Positions 7,684-15,991 of a DNA stretch of 64,000 nt are shown one piece after another. Location: positions 307,713 to 371,712 of the forward strand of contig JAKVNF010000004.1 of the NCBI GenBank assembly GCA_022483465.1. The letters are read 5' to 3'. Both the position numbers and the translations under genes were made by a program. Positions within the stretch are counted from its first letter, which is position 1. Every line of letters starts with the position of its first letter. The notes beneath the pieces were generated by a model. That model made no database searches. It was not told the DNA's origin and was given only the letters and a program-made list of their open reading frames with translations. This DNA comes from Lachnospiraceae bacterium. GTDB taxonomy: Bacteria; Bacillota; Clostridia; Lachnospirales; Lachnospiraceae.

Positions 7684-10600
7684 TCACTTCTTATTCTTGC
7701 GATTCTTCTTGCGTTTTGCCAGCCATCCGATCAGAACTCCGCCAGCACCGACGATTGCGCCGGCATTGGCTGCCACACCCGCATCACCGGTCTTTGCATT
7801 CCGGCTTGCGCCAAGAACCGAAGCCTCCTTCTCCTTGGATGCAGGATCTTCTGCAGGATCCTCCGCAGCGGGATCTTCCTCGCTGTTCTCTCTGGATGCA
7901 CCGAGGACGCTGCCCTCTTCCTCATCCGGATTCTCATAGCCGCCGTCTTCGATCTGTCTCAGACCGGCTCCGGATACTGCCGCCGCAGCCGTCACACCGG
8001 GATCAGATACCGAAGTGGTCCCAGGATCCGCCGTGCCCGTGCTCTCAGAAGCAGAACCTCCTGCCGTCGTTCCCAGATCATCGGGATCTGCGGTCTCACT
8101 TGACAGAGCGGCTGCGCTTTCCGATGCCGAAGCACTTTCACTTGCAGACTCGGATGCACTGACGCTTGCGGATTCAGAAGCGCTCAGGCTTGCGGACTCA
8201 GAAGCACTCTCGCTTGCAGACTCCGATGCGCTCTCACTTGCGGACTCACTTGCACTCTCGCTCGCGGACTCAGAGGCGCTCTCGCTTGCGGACTCAGAAG
8301 CACTCTCGCTCGCAGACTCGGATGCACTCTCGCTCGCGGACTCCGATGCGCTCTCGCTTGCGGACTCACTTGCAGATTCAGAAGTACTCTCGCTTGCAGA
8401 CTCGGATGCACTCTCGCTCGCGGACTCAGAGGCACTCTCACTTGCAGACTCGGATGCACTCTCGCTCGCGGACTCCGATGCGCTCTCACTTGCAGACTCA
8501 CTTGCACTCTCGCTCGCGGACTCCGATGCGCTCTCGCTCGCGGACTCACTTGCACTCTCGCTTGCAGATTCAGAAGCACTCTCGCTTGCAGACTCGGATG
8601 CACTCTCGCTCGCGGACTCCGATGCGCTCTCGCTCGCGGACTCACTTGCACTCTCGCTTGCAGATTCAGAAGCACTCTCGCTTGCAGACTCGGATGCACT
8701 CTCGCTCGCGGACTCACTTGCAGACTCAGATGCACTCTCACTTGCAGACTCAGAAGCACTCTCGCTTGCAGACTCGGATGCACTCTCGCTCGCGGACTCG
8801 CTTGCAGACTCAGAGGCACTCTCACTTGCAGACTCACTTGCACTCTCGCTCGCGGACTCAGAAGCACTCTCACTTGCGGACTCGCTTGCAGACTCAGATG
8901 CACTCTCACTTGCTGACTCAGAGGCACTCTCACTTGCGGACTCGCTTGCGGACTCAGAGGCACTCTCACTTGCAGATTCAGAAGCACTCTCGCTTGCAGA
9001 CTCGGATGCACTCTCGCTCGCGGACTCCGATACGCTCTCGCTTGCGGACTCACTTGCACTCTCGCTTGCAGACTCAGAAGCGCTCTCACTTGCGGACTCA
9101 GAAGCGCTCTCGCTCGCGGACTCAGAAGCACTCTCACTTGCGGACTCGCTTGCGGACTCAGAGGCACTCTCACTTGCGGATTCGCTTGCGGACTCAGAGG
9201 CACTCTTGCTCTCGCTCGTGGACTCAGATTCACTCTGGCTCTCGCTTACAGACTCAGACTTCTTCAGGCTATCCGACGCAGATTCGCTCTGGCTCGCGGA
9301 CTCCGACTGGCTCTCGCTTACAGACTCAGACTTCTTCAGGCTATCCGACGCAGATTCGCTCAAGCTCTTGCTCGTGGACTCAGACTCGCTCTGGCTCGTG
9401 GACTCAGATGCACTCTCGGATACAGAAGTACTCTCAGAAGCCGATTTGCTGAGGCTTTCGTGAATGATGCTGTTGCTCTCCGAAGTCGAAATACTAGTGG
9501 ATAACCACTTGCTTCTGCTGGTGGAATTCGAGATGCTGACGCTCTCCGACTGCTCAGCCGATAAGGAAGCACTCTTACTTGCTACCTCAGAATACTCCCC
9601 TTTGTAGTCTGGCGTGAACGTATTCTCTTTAGCGCTGTATGTATAAATGAATCCATCCAGATGGAAGCCATCTGAGCCTTCCCATTTATAGACATAGGGG
9701 ACAAAATACCTCGCACCATCCTCCAGCTCAGTACTTTGCTGGGTGAGCGGTACTTTCGATACAATCTGATTGTCGCTGCCAAGCTTGTACAGATATACCG
9801 TATCCGCCAGCGAAGCTCCCTTACCGCTTGTGCTAGAATCCAGGAAGCTCTGGACATAGTACGTATTTGTTTTAATAATCGCGTTGGCATACTTAACACG
9901 CAGATCCATCAAAGTTTCAGTGAATGTTGTTCCATTAATAGAAGTGAAATTATCCTTTCCTTGGCTCTTGACCTGATCGTCCGTGAGGTCAAACCCAAGC
10001 TCATTGGAACTTGTTGTCTGTCCGTTACTTTCCTGCGCATAGGTTCTTGCACTGCCGGTGGTAGTATGGGATCCGCTTGCCGTGTTATCGAGGATGAAAT
10101 CTATCCAGGTAATGATGTTGGACAGGTCACTATTTCCGTAACCACTAAGTTTCACTGCTCTAGTCCGGATGTTCTCCAGGAAGCTTTCCGTCACATTCTG
10201 GTTGGCAATGGCACTGCGGAAGATCGACACAAGCTGAGATGCGGATACTCTGTTCCAACTGGATACCTCGGCTGCCTCCGATGCGCTGGTAGAGTCTGCA
10301 ATCGACCTCGATGTAGACTCACTCTCGGAGATTCTCACACTCAGCGAGACAGATGCCGAGGTGGAAAGAGACTGACTGTCTTCAATCGAGCGGCTTGTCA
10401 CAAAACTTTCATAGGCGGAGAGACTCTCGCTCTCGCTCATCGCCTGGCTCTCCACCTGGGAAAGGCTCTCGGAAACGGAGCTGATTCTGCTTGCCTCCAC
10501 CGAATTGGCCATGGATACACTGGCATCGACGAGAGATGTGCTCTCTGACTCCGATGCTGCAAGGCTCTGGGATGCAGCCTCGGATGCTTCTCTCTCCGAA

Positions 10601-11715
10601 TCGCTCATCGAAGCAGAGAGGCTTTCCTCCGTGCTCTTGCTCAGGCTGTCTGCCAGGCTCTGGCTCTCTGCCGCACTCTGGCTGTCCGCTGCCTTCTGGC
10701 TGTCCTCCAGGCTATGGCTCTCCGATGCACTCTGGCTGTCCGCTGCACTCTGACTGTCTGCCAGGCTCTGGCTCTCCGATGCGCTCAGGCTCTCAGACTC
10801 GTTCTGCTTGTCCTCGGTATCCTCGTTGTCCTGGGTCTCCTCTGCATCGATCTGCGTCAGATCCGTCGTCGCCTCTGCATCAGACTGGGTCTCCTGCGTT
10901 GTGCTGGCGGTCTCAGCCTGCATCTGGTCGGTCGTCTCCGCGACGGTCTCGGTCTGCGTCTGGTCAGCAGTCTCCTCTGTGCCGGTCTCCTGCGTCTGGT
11001 CAGTCGTCTCCTCTGCGCCGGTCTCGATCTGCGCTTGGTCGGTCGTCTCCTCTGCGCCGGTCTCGGTCTGCGCCTGGTCGGTCGTCTCCGCGGCGGTCTC
11101 GGTCTGCGCCTGGTCAGCAGTCTCCTCTGTGCCGGTCTCCTGCGTCTGGTCAGTCGTCTCCTCTGCGCCGGTCTCGGTCTGCGCCTGGTCGGTCGTCTCC
11201 TCTGCGCCAGTCTCGGTATTGCTGCTCTCGACAGCGGCGTCCGTCTGCGCTGTGTCGGACGATTCCGTACTCACATCGGACGACGAACTCTCCGTGGACG
11301 CTGCCGCCTGCTCCTCCTGGCCGGGCGTGCTGGCAGTACCGGACTGCTCCGGTGCAGCCACTTCCACCTCTTTTTCCTCGACGATGACCTCGACGTCCTC
11401 ATTGGACGTCGTGGTCTCCTGCTGGATCTCCTGCTGTGCCGGGTCCACCTCATTGGCATAGACGTTCATTCCATTTGCCGCAGCAGCTCCGCCGACGGCA
11501 AAGCCCGCCGCGATCGTGCCTTTGGCAAGATTTGCAATTTTGCCGGAGAACTTTCTCTTCTCCTTTTTCTGACTGGTTTCCTCTTCCCGCTGGATCCGCA
11601 GAAACCGAAGGCTGGTGGTGATGGTGTTGAACCACTTGCCGTTCTTCTTTTTCTGCTGTACCTTTGCATCACGGTTGAGTTCGATTTTGTTCTTGTCTTT
11701 CGTATTGAAATTCAT
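7684..11715 (-). CDS. Serine-rich repeat adhesin (SRRP), the aSec substrate and a cell-wall-anchored glycoprotein
   Basis: The start was refined to MNFNTKDKNK (ATG 11715, RBS AAGGGTG). The long atypical signal peptide has a KxYKxGKxW-like motif (KKKNGKWF) and an AGFAVGGAAAANG hydrophobic core. Next come acidic T/E/Q repeats, a short SRR1, a ~225-aa non-repeat binding region, and a very long SRR2 dominated by (SASE)n. The C-terminus has NAKTGD, a hydrophobic segment and a KRKKNRKNKK tail. Confidence 0.9.
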   Translation of the reverse strand: MNFNTKDKNKIELNRDAKVQQKKKNGKWFNTITTSLRFLRIQREEETSQKKEKRKFSGKIANLAKGTIAAGFAVGGAAAANGMNVYANEVDPAQQEIQQETTTSNEDVEVIVEEKEVEVAAPEQSGTASTPGQEEQAAASTESSSSDVSTESSDTAQTDAAVESSNTETGAEETTDQAQTETGAEETTDQTQETGTEETADQAQTETAAETTDQAQTETGAEETTDQAQIETGAEETTDQTQETGTEETADQTQTETVAETTDQMQAETASTTQETQSDAEATTDLTQIDAEETQDNEDTEDKQNESESLSASESQSLADSQSAADSQSASESHSLEDSQKAADSQSAAESQSLADSLSKSTEESLSASMSDSEREASEAASQSLAASESESTSLVDASVSMANSVEASRISSVSESLSQVESQAMSESESLSAYESFVTSRSIEDSQSLSTSASVSLSVRISESESTSRSIADSTSASEAAEVSSWNRVSASQLVSIFRSAIANQNVTESFLENIRTRAVKLSGYGNSDLSNIITWIDFILDNTASGSHTTTGSARTYAQESNGQTTSSNELGFDLTDDQVKSQGKDNFTSINGTTFTETLMDLRVKYANAIIKTNTYYVQSFLDSSTSGKGASLADTVYLYKLGSDNQIVSKVPLTQQSTELEDGARYFVPYVYKWEGSDGFHLDGFIYTYSAKENTFTPDYKGEYSEVASKSASLSAEQSESVSISNSTSRSKWLSTSISTSESNSIIHESLSKSASESTSVSESASESTSQSESESTSKSLSESASDSLKKSESVSESQSESASQSESASDSLKKSESVSESQSESESTSESKSASESASESASESASESASESASESASESASESASESASESASESASESASESASESVSESASESASESASESASESASESASESASESASESASESASESASESASESASESASESASESASESASESASESASESASESASESASESASESASESASESASESASESASESASESASESASESASESASESASESASESASESASESASESASESASESASESASESASESASESASESASESASESASESASESASESASESASESASESTSESASESASESASESASESASESASESASESASESASESASESASESASESASESASESASESASLSASESASVSASESASESASASESAAALSSETADPDDLGTTAGGSASESTGTADPGTTSVSDPGVTAAAAVSGAGLRQIEDGGYENPDEEEGSVLGASRENSEEDPAAEDPAEDPASKEKEASVLGASRNAKTGDAGVAANAGAIVGAGGVLIGWLAKRKKNRKNKK
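8105..9560 (-). repeat. SRR2 coding tandem array; 12-nt SASE units, near-perfect from about 8105 to 9235 and degenerate up to 9560
   Basis: The sequence shows direct periodicity (gcactctcgcttgcagactcggat and variants), translating to SESASESASE... for more than 350 residues. Confidence 0.9.
10266..10795 (-). repeat. SRR1 coding region (degenerate S-x-S/E repeats)
   Basis: It translates to SESLSASESQSLADSQSAADSQSASESHSLEDSQ...STSASEAAEVSS, between the acidic repeats and the non-repeat region. Confidence 0.75.
10880..11220 (-). repeat. Tandem 36-39-nt repeats encoding the acidic motif (A/T)QTETGAEETTDQ
   Basis: The unit ctggtcggtcgtctcctctgcgccggtctcggtctgcgc recurs with minor variants, giving about 9 protein copies (TETGAEETTDQAQ / TQETGTEETADQ). 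Confidence 0.85.
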
Positions 11716-12310
11716 GTTTTCACCCTTAGCCTGTCTGATGTCTGCAAGTATCTTCAGGCAAATTTCCTGTTGCCCGGCGTGAACGGTTTTCACAGTGTTT
11801 TACCACCGGCCGTCAGGGAGCCTGCCGATTTCACGTAATTGAGATTTGTTACTATTTTTGTTGTCGCATTATAATGTTTCCGTCGTCTTACTTCAAATCG
11901 TCACTTTTGTGTTTCATTGTTTATTTCGCTCATTTTTACCCCGATCTATCCACACATTTTTCAGAATCTGTCCGATTTTCACGGTTCGTACACAAAAGTT
12001 TTAAAAACAAATCACAGGTTTCTCATCCATCGTCTGTGTTCCCTCCGGAAGCCTTCCGCACGCTGCTTTTGGCTCCTTTATGAAAGATGTTTCCTCCGCG
12101 TGCGTAATGGCTTATGATTATTATTTCAAATTCCCGCGGCCTGCGTTTCACAATTCCTGCACCCGAAATTTCAAAACCCGTTCTTGACATTTTCTCTCAT
12201 CCGTGATAGTTCCACAAAAATTCTGTTATAATTCAAGTGAGATCATGTGAATTACTCTTATATAATGTTTTATTTGTGATAGTTTTCTTGATTTTCGCTC
12301 TCCCGGCATC

Positions 12311-12348
12311 AAAAAAGCACCCGCACCGGAATATTCCGGTGCGGGTGC
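12311..12348 (-). terminator. Rho-independent terminator after the 12385..12813 gene
   Basis: A perfect 13-bp stem gcacccgcaccgg / ccggtgcgggtgc with an aatatt loop. On the minus strand it is followed by TTTTTT (the A-run at 12311-12316). Confidence 0.8.
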
Positions 12349-12384
12349 GCTTTCAGCCTGCTGTATGCGGATGATCTGTTTCAC

Positions 12385-12813
12385 TCAAAACTGCACGGAC
12401 CGCAGCTGCCGCAGGATGTCATCCACCCTTCGGATCGCCTCCTGGACCTGCTGCCTCCCCCTGCTGATTTTGGACTGCACAAAGAGATCTGCGACAAATC
12501 CGTCAAAGAAGAAATCCGCAAAGGTGAGGAAGCCGTCGATGTCCACGTTCAGGCCATCGATGTCCCGCAGGTCCCCGAGCTCATTGCGGAAGGCGTCCAG
12601 ATCCCGTCTTGCCTCTTCCACGCAGCGGCTGGCGTTGTTGACCTTCATGTGCTTCATGAGGCCGGAGACCGTGTTTCCGCCAAAGATGTCGATCAGGCCC
12701 CAGCTGCCGGCGGAGGCAAGCTGCCGGTCTGCCTCCTGGAGGCTTGCCCGGGCCCGCTCTCCGGCCTGGATGGCCTCCCGCACTTCCCTGCTCCTGTTGT
12801 AAACCTCATTCAT
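12385..12813 (-). CDS. Uncharacterised 142-aa soluble protein (predicted helical, with a hydrophobic or aromatic C-terminal patch)
   Basis: The start was refined to MNEVYNRS (ATG 12813, preceded by GGAGGAACACAG). No family was recognised. A strong terminator follows it. Confidence 0.6.
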   Translation of the reverse strand: MNEVYNRSREVREAIQAGERARASLQEADRQLASAGSWGLIDIFGGNTVSGLMKHMKVNNASRCVEEARRDLDAFRNELGDLRDIDGLNVDIDGFLTFADFFFDGFVADLFVQSKISRGRQQVQEAIRRVDDILRQLRSVQF

Positions 12814-12829
12814 CTGTGTTCCTCCCCGC

Positions 12830-13051
12830 TCACTTTGCCACGCCGACGGCGATGGCGATAATACCCGCCACCAGCAGGATCGGCAGGACAAAGAATCCGA
12901 TACCCAAGATGGTAACCGCAAGAATGCCCAGAACCAAAAATCCGATCAGTCCCAGGACACCTCCGAACACCCTGCCCAGAATGCCAAGCAGAAAGCCGGT
13001 GAAGCGGAACAGCAGAACGCCGATCAGTATGAAAATCAAAAATCCGAACAT
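12830..13051 (-). CDS. Small (73 aa) glycine-zipper-rich membrane protein
   Basis: The start was refined to MFGFLIFILIG (ATG 13051, RBS GGAAAGGAGAAG). The whole protein is hydrophobic with repeated GxxxG/GxxG spacing (GVLGLIGFLVLGILAVTILGIGFF). Confidence 0.55.
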   Translation of the reverse strand: MFGFLIFILIGVLLFRFTGFLLGILGRVFGGVLGLIGFLVLGILAVTILGIGFFVLPILLVAGIIAIAVGVAK

Positions 13052-13200
13052 ATTCTTCTCCTTTCCCCAGATCTGGGGTCCCCCGGTGGGAACGCCGCAC
13101 GTTCTGTGCACCGCTCTCTGATTCGGGGTTCTCTTGATGATTCCCATTGTAGTGGACAGGAGGTCTGCAAAAAACCACTGTATCGAAGATCGAATGGGGT

Positions 13201-13764
13201 CTATTCCTCCGGTTTGGCGAAATAGCCGGCCTCCCGCCTCGTGCGCTCTGCCAGGACGGCAGCCCGCGCCCGTTCCAGGTCCTTCTCGGCGATCTTGCCC
13301 GAGGCGATCGTGTCCTGAAGCCAGAGGGAGAGCGAATCCGCCGCCATCTTGATCGCCCGGATGTCGGCCTCAATCCGCGCGAAGTCCTCCATCTCCTCCG
13401 GGGAGATGGTGCCGTCCGCGGTGATCTCGATGAAGCGCTTTTCCTCCCGCTCCAGGGTGTTCACCGTGGCCAGGGTCTCCAGCACGATCTGGGACAAATT
13501 GCTGGCGCGCACCTCCGGGACCATCTCCTTTCCGATCGGACAGTCATGGGAGCAGTACTGGTTGCACAGGGCCGGCATCCGGTACGCCTTCGACATGGCG
13601 AGCACCTCCTCCGGCTGCACCGGGGACCTGCCGCTCTCGTACTTCTCGATCCGGCTCTCGGAGACGAAGCCCATGGCCTCCGCGGCCTCTGCCCGGGTCA
13701 TTCCCGCCGCCTCCCGGCTCCTCTGCCAGATGTTCTTGTCTTCTCTTGTGGATTTTCTGCCCAA
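13201..13764 (-). CDS. XRE-family helix-turn-helix transcriptional regulator
   Basis: HTH_3 pattern NIWQRSREAAGMTRAEAAEAMGFVSESRIEKYESGRSPVQPEEVLAMSKAY. The most plausible start is the TTG at 13764, 6 nt after AGGAGG and just after the stop of the upstream small ORF. The long ATG-initiated ORF (to 13962) would overlap that ORF. Confidence 0.7.
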   Translation of the reverse strand: MGRKSTREDKNIWQRSREAAGMTRAEAAEAMGFVSESRIEKYESGRSPVQPEEVLAMSKAYRMPALCNQYCSHDCPIGKEMVPEVRASNLSQIVLETLATVNTLEREEKRFIEITADGTISPEEMEDFARIEADIRAIKMAADSLSLWLQDTIASGKIAEKDLERARAAVLAERTRREAGYFAKPEE

Positions 13765-13780
13765 TTCCTGCCTCCTGCGG

Positions 13781-14002
13781 TCAGTAGATCTTCTCGATTT
13801 CCCCGGTGATGCCGTACTGCTCCCGGAACGCCGAAAGATCCGCATCGCTCCGGATGCAGCAGACCTCCTCCACGCGGCCGGTCTTTTCATCGCGAAAGCC
13901 CGCCACCTGTTCCCCGGTGCAGATGCTGCAGGAAAGGACCGGCTGTTTTCCCGCAAGGTCAATCTCTGGCCAGCTCTTTTTCCTGTGAAATTTCTGAAAC
14001 AT
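13781..14002 (-). CDS. Conserved small CxxC protein (73 aa), function unknown
   Basis: The ORF MFQKFHRKKSWPEIDLAGKQPVLSCSICTGEQVAGFRDEKTGR...YGITGEIEKIY resembles a small protein family common in Clostridia, recalled from memory only. It abuts the XRE gene. Confidence 0.5.
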   Translation of the reverse strand: MFQKFHRKKSWPEIDLAGKQPVLSCSICTGEQVAGFRDEKTGRVEEVCCIRSDADLSAFREQYGITGEIEKIY

Positions 14003-14167
14003 TTCTTCCTCCCCGCCTGCCGTCCGTGTTTCCTGTGTCTGACAGTTTTTGCTTTTGTATTATCTTTTTCAATGATAGCATGATGGGCCGGCGCAGGAAA
14101 GGCCTGACGGTGAACATGGAAACAGCCGGGGCACTCTGCCCCGGCTGCTGTCGTGTGCCTGTTGTTC

Positions 14168-14662
14168 TCAGTGTTCCGGGCCTGCCCCGCTCCCGAGCTT
14201 CTGGTTCATCTTCTCAACATTGCGCCGGGCGGAGAAAGCAAGGGAGAACCAGATGCCGGCGTAGATGGCAAAGAAGATGCCAAAATAGGTGAGCACTCCC
14301 GCCGTGGTATGGGCCATCCAGTGCATCAGCCAGGCAATGGGGAAAGTCGCCACGGAACAGACGAAAAGGTGCACAAGGGTCTGCCGCAGAAGGCTCCAGT
14401 CCAGGGACCAGACCAGACCCGCGCCGCCAAAGGCTGCGCCGTAGAGCAGGGAAAACAGCGTCTGCCGGATCACGGCATTCAGCTCCCCGCCGCACTCCTC
14501 TATCAGTTCCTGGGTAACCGGATAGTAATATCCGTCTCCGTAGATTGCGGAGACCGTCACCGTGATCAGGGTGCTGATGGCGACGCCGATGAGGGCGCCG
14601 GTAAAGCACCGCGCAAAGAGTATCTTTCCAATCGGTCTCCTGTGTTCTGCCTGCGTGCTCAT
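14168..14662 (-). CDS. DUF3021-type membrane protein (partner of the LytTR regulator)
   Basis: The start was refined to MSTQAEHRRP (ATG 14662, RBS GAGGAGGAAG). It has 4 predicted TM segments and lies directly downstream of a stand-alone LytTR protein, the usual pairing. Confidence 0.7.
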   Translation of the reverse strand: MSTQAEHRRPIGKILFARCFTGALIGVAISTLITVTVSAIYGDGYYYPVTQELIEECGGELNAVIRQTLFSLLYGAAFGGAGLVWSLDWSLLRQTLVHLFVCSVATFPIAWLMHWMAHTTAGVLTYFGIFFAIYAGIWFSLAFSARRNVEKMNQKLGSGAGPEH

Positions 14663-14675
14663 GGTCTTCCTCCTC

Positions 14676-15116
14676 TCACATGCCCAGCATCTGCCGGATT
14701 CTCGGCACGTACCGCCTGGATACAAAGGTCTTGGTGCCGTCTGTCAGGATGACGCAGATGGTGCCGGTGAAGCTCAGGTCGAAATGTCGCACCTTCTTCA
14801 GGCTGATGATCTCGGAATTGGAGATCCGCACAAAGGAGTAGGGCGCAAGCCGCTCCTCCAGCTCATAGAGCCGCAGGCGAAGAAGATATTCCCCCGCCTC
14901 GGTTCCCGCAAAGACCTTTCCCTGCTGGGCGTAGACCCGCAGGATCTCCTCCGGGGCGAGCACCCGCACCGTGTCCTCGCAAAAGCCCGCGAGCATCTGC
15001 GGCGTCTTTTCGGAGAGCTTCTGGAGGATCTCCTCCACCTCTGCGGTCATCCGGTCGGTCAGGATGACCACCTCCGGTTCTCTGATGTTTTGCTCGATGC
15101 GGACGCTGACCTTCAT
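14676..15116 (-). CDS. LytTR-family DNA-binding protein (no receiver domain)
   Basis: The start was refined to MKVSVRIEQ. The C-terminal LytTR pattern is present: FVRISNSEIISLKKVRHFDLSFTGTICVILTDGTKTFVSRRY. Confidence 0.75.
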   Translation of the reverse strand: MKVSVRIEQNIREPEVVILTDRMTAEVEEILQKLSEKTPQMLAGFCEDTVRVLAPEEILRVYAQQGKVFAGTEAGEYLLRLRLYELEERLAPYSFVRISNSEIISLKKVRHFDLSFTGTICVILTDGTKTFVSRRYVPRIRQMLGM

Positions 15117-15228
15117 GCGGCATCTCCTCCCTTGTCTTCCTAACACTGTCATCCTATGCGAAGGAAGCGCTCATTTCCACCTTTTTGCGACAGGTGGTCG
15201 TCTGGGGCACACAGGCGGTATCCGCCGG

Positions 15229-15990
15229 TCAGAGGCTGACGTGTCTTTCCATCATCCACCCGGAGGCAAGGTACAGAAGAACGACGGCGCCGCAGTTGAT
15301 CAGGGCCGAGAAAATGCCCGTTCCGCCGGATGAGAGGCTGTCTGCCCGAAGGATCAGAAGAATCAGAAACAGATCGATCAGGAGGGAGATCCAGAAGGCC
15401 CCCCGCTTTCCCCGGAAAAACGATGCCTGCAGCACGATGCTGAAGAGGCAGATCATCAGGATTGTGAGCCACGAGAGCGCCACCATCCCCAGGCTGGGAA
15501 GAAAGCCTCCCCAGGTGCTGCTGCCTGCGGGGTCAAACTGGATCACCTCGGAGAGTGCATCCGGCCCGATGCCCCGCACGGCAAGGAGGGAGACATCCAG
15601 CAGGGCAAGAAGCCCATAGGCAAGGACCGAGCCGGCCAGGATCAGAACGTTCTGCAGGACCTTGGCGCCAAGAACGGCAAAGGAGTTCTCTGGAACGAGG
15701 AACAGCATCAGACCCTGGTCCGAGTTGAGTTCTCTCCGCAGCGCCCAGACAGGCATAAGGCTGCAGAGCATGACGCCGAAGGTCCCGCACAGGGAGAGAA
15801 ACCCGGATCCCACGAGCAGGAGAAATGCCGGCATCCCGCCAAGATCCGGCTCTCCCCTCAGGAGAAAGATTCCCTGCGGCAGAAGGGCAGTCCCCAGGAG
15901 GAGCATAACCTCCCCCACCGCGGTGCAGACAAGAAGCGCCAGAAGGGCACTCCTGGATTTCCGAAATTCATAGTGCAAAAGCTTTGTCAT
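15229..15990 (-). CDS. ABC-2-type transporter permease
   Basis: A 253-aa polytopic membrane protein immediately downstream of the ABC ATPase, with 1 nt between the stop and start codons. Confidence 0.7.
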   Translation of the reverse strand: MTKLLHYEFRKSRSALLALLVCTAVGEVMLLLGTALLPQGIFLLRGEPDLGGMPAFLLLVGSGFLSLCGTFGVMLCSLMPVWALRRELNSDQGLMLFLVPENSFAVLGAKVLQNVLILAGSVLAYGLLALLDVSLLAVRGIGPDALSEVIQFDPAGSSTWGGFLPSLGMVALSWLTILMICLFSIVLQASFFRGKRGAFWISLLIDLFLILLILRADSLSSGGTGIFSALINCGAVVLLYLASGWMMERHVSL

Positions 15991-15991
15991 G

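Noticed and set aside
8015-9463. Highly periodic repeats and three long ORFs (8015..9463 +, 8166..9452 +, 8184..9233 -), which could suggest a CRISPR array or additional repeat proteins.
   Set aside because: The period is 12 nt with no unique spacers. The tract lies fully inside the SRRP reading frame, where it encodes (SASE)n. The other frames are open only because the repeat lacks stop codons.
11874-12117. Small plus-strand ORFs (69 and 66 aa) in the AT-rich region upstream of the SRRP gene.
   Set aside because: They are low-complexity, Phe/Ser/Leu-rich translations of AT-rich DNA with no RBS, and they overlap each other. They are most likely non-coding regulatory DNA.
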